Assembly: GCA_040285745.1 (NCBI GenBank) | Contig: JAUFOR010000002.1 | Coordinates: forward strand, 1,798,001-1,862,000 | DNA length: 64,000 nucleotides | Direction of reading: 5' to 3' | Origin: Barthelona sp. PCE | Taxonomy: Eukaryota | In this document: positions 62,830 to 64,000 of the stretch, in pieces | Numbering within the stretch: position 1 is the stretch's first letter | Layout: each line of letters starts with the position of its first letter | Program-made: the position numbers and the translations under genes | Notes under the pieces: model-generated | Told to the model about the DNA's origin: nothing | What the model saw: only the letters and a program-made list of their open reading frames with translations | Database searches by the model: none

Positions 62830-63936
62830 ATGAGTAACGAAATTGAACACACCCACGCTATGAGCGACGAAGAAGATATCTTTGACGAGAACAGTGTCTT
62901 CCCTACACCTTCACCTAGTCCGATTTCCATTATTGTAGAGAACGGTCGTGCTCACCGACAATTCGTTCCCCCAGGCTGCGTTCTTAAGATCAGCAACATG
63001 GCACTGGACTTCACAGCCACTATGGGCACTTGTGCTTCCGGTTTCATTTTCCATGACGGTAATCCTTTCTGTCTTGGTACTCTCACCATGCCTGAGTGTC
63101 CCAACGCCAGCTTTGCCACACCCTACGAATTCCACGGTCCTTGCACACTTGATTTTGGTGTTCTTGCACGCACTCGTCCTTCTGAGCATGCTGATGAAGA
63201 AGAGTTTTCTGCAATCTCTCTCAGTGGTATGATCCACTACGTGCGTATCAGCGAGCTCACCATCGCCGCCCTTGAGGCCACTGATACTGAGCAGGAGATG
63301 TCCTTTGATGCTATGGCCGAGATGTGCGCTATTGAGTACAAGGAAGAGCTGATCTCTGCTGAGGGAGAGCCCGAGTACAACGAGGAAGATGAGGTCGAAC
63401 CCCTCGGTGAAGAAGTTGAGGAGATCGAGTCTGAAGACATTGATTCGGAGGATGAGAGAAAACAGGTTGCACTTCTAAAGAAGCAGCTCGCAAAGGAGGA
63501 GGCTATGTACGCCCAGAGCGAGGAGGAAGAGGAGCCCAAGATTGAGCGCCGTCGTCGTAAAGGCGAGCCTTCAGAGAAGAAGGGGGCCCCTGAGCCTACA
63601 TGGACTACCATCAAGGGTGGTGTTAAGATCAGAGATCTCACCGTTGGAAATGGTGAAGTCGTCCAACGTGGTAACCGTGTTAAGGTCAAGTACGAGGGTC
63701 GCCTAAAGAACGGTAAGGTTTTTGATGCTGGTTCTTTCAAGACTAAAATTGGTGTCGGTAACGTTATCAAGGGTTGGGATCTTGGTCTCACAAACAAGAA
63801 GTACCCTTGTTTCGTTGGTACTGTGCGTGAGCTCATCATTCCTCCCAAGATGGGTTATGGTGCTCAAGGCACTACCGGAATTCCTGGTAACTCCACTCTT
63901 TTCTTCACTGTCGAGGTTCTAGCCATCCGTCGCTAA
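62830..63936 (+). CDS. Nucleoplasmin-like domain FKBP (Fpr3/Fpr4/FKBP39 type)
   Basis: N-terminal NPL-like region (LKISNMAL, LGTL, ISLSG), acidic middle, and C-terminal FKBP (VKYEGRL.NGKVFD, VIKGWDLG, IPPKMGYG). Confidence 0.88.
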   Translation: MSNEIEHTHAMSDEEDIFDENSVFPTPSPSPISIIVENGRAHRQFVPPGCVLKISNMALDFTATMGTCASGFIFHDGNPFCLGTLTMPECPNASFATPYEFHGPCTLDFGVLARTRPSEHADEEEFSAISLSGMIHYVRISELTIAALEATDTEQEMSFDAMAEMCAIEYKEELISAEGEPEYNEEDEVEPLGEEVEEIESEDIDSEDERKQVALLKKQLAKEEAMYAQSEEEEEPKIERRRRKGEPSEKKGAPEPTWTTIKGGVKIRDLTVGNGEVVQRGNRVKVKYEGRLKNGKVFDAGSFKTKIGVGNVIKGWDLGLTNKKYPCFVGTVRELIIPPKMGYGAQGTTGIPGNSTLFFTVEVLAIRR

Positions 63937-64000
63937 TCAATTGTCGAATAAATTATCTATTTTGACTTGTACAATGTTTTTTTACCTTTTCTAAATGCCT

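Noticed and set aside
1-64000. Non-standard genetic code
   Set aside because: Conserved genes end at plausible C-termini with TAA (ARPC3), TAG (AFG2-like, USP) and TGA (Nol9-like) and have no internal stops.

Overview
A very gene-dense window from a eukaryotic nuclear genome, most likely a flagellated protist. It carries CCDC40, ARPC3, AP-3 delta, COMMD5, SRP68, Snf7 and a BIG-type ArfGEF, and TAA, TAG and TGA are all used as stops. About 38 protein genes are packed with spacers often under 60 nt. I found two short spliceosomal introns (44 nt in SRP68; 38 nt in the gene at 38734-40184). Both start GTATG and have the branch A 8 nt from the 3' end, as described for Giardia and Trichomonas; a metamonad-like host is an inference only. 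The best candidate for novel biology is a secreted integrin-beta-like headpiece (hybrid + beta-I/MIDAS domain) with no leg or transmembrane region, fused to a His/Gly/Tyr/Pro tail, whose signal peptide sits in an exon the ORF track misses. Other candidates are a three-member family of divergent ~625-aa beta-rich proteins, a tandem pair of secreted 10-cysteine miniproteins, a duplicated structured 181-bp non-coding unit and a one-base frameshift in CCDC40. All homology calls come from motif recognition by eye; no database search was run.
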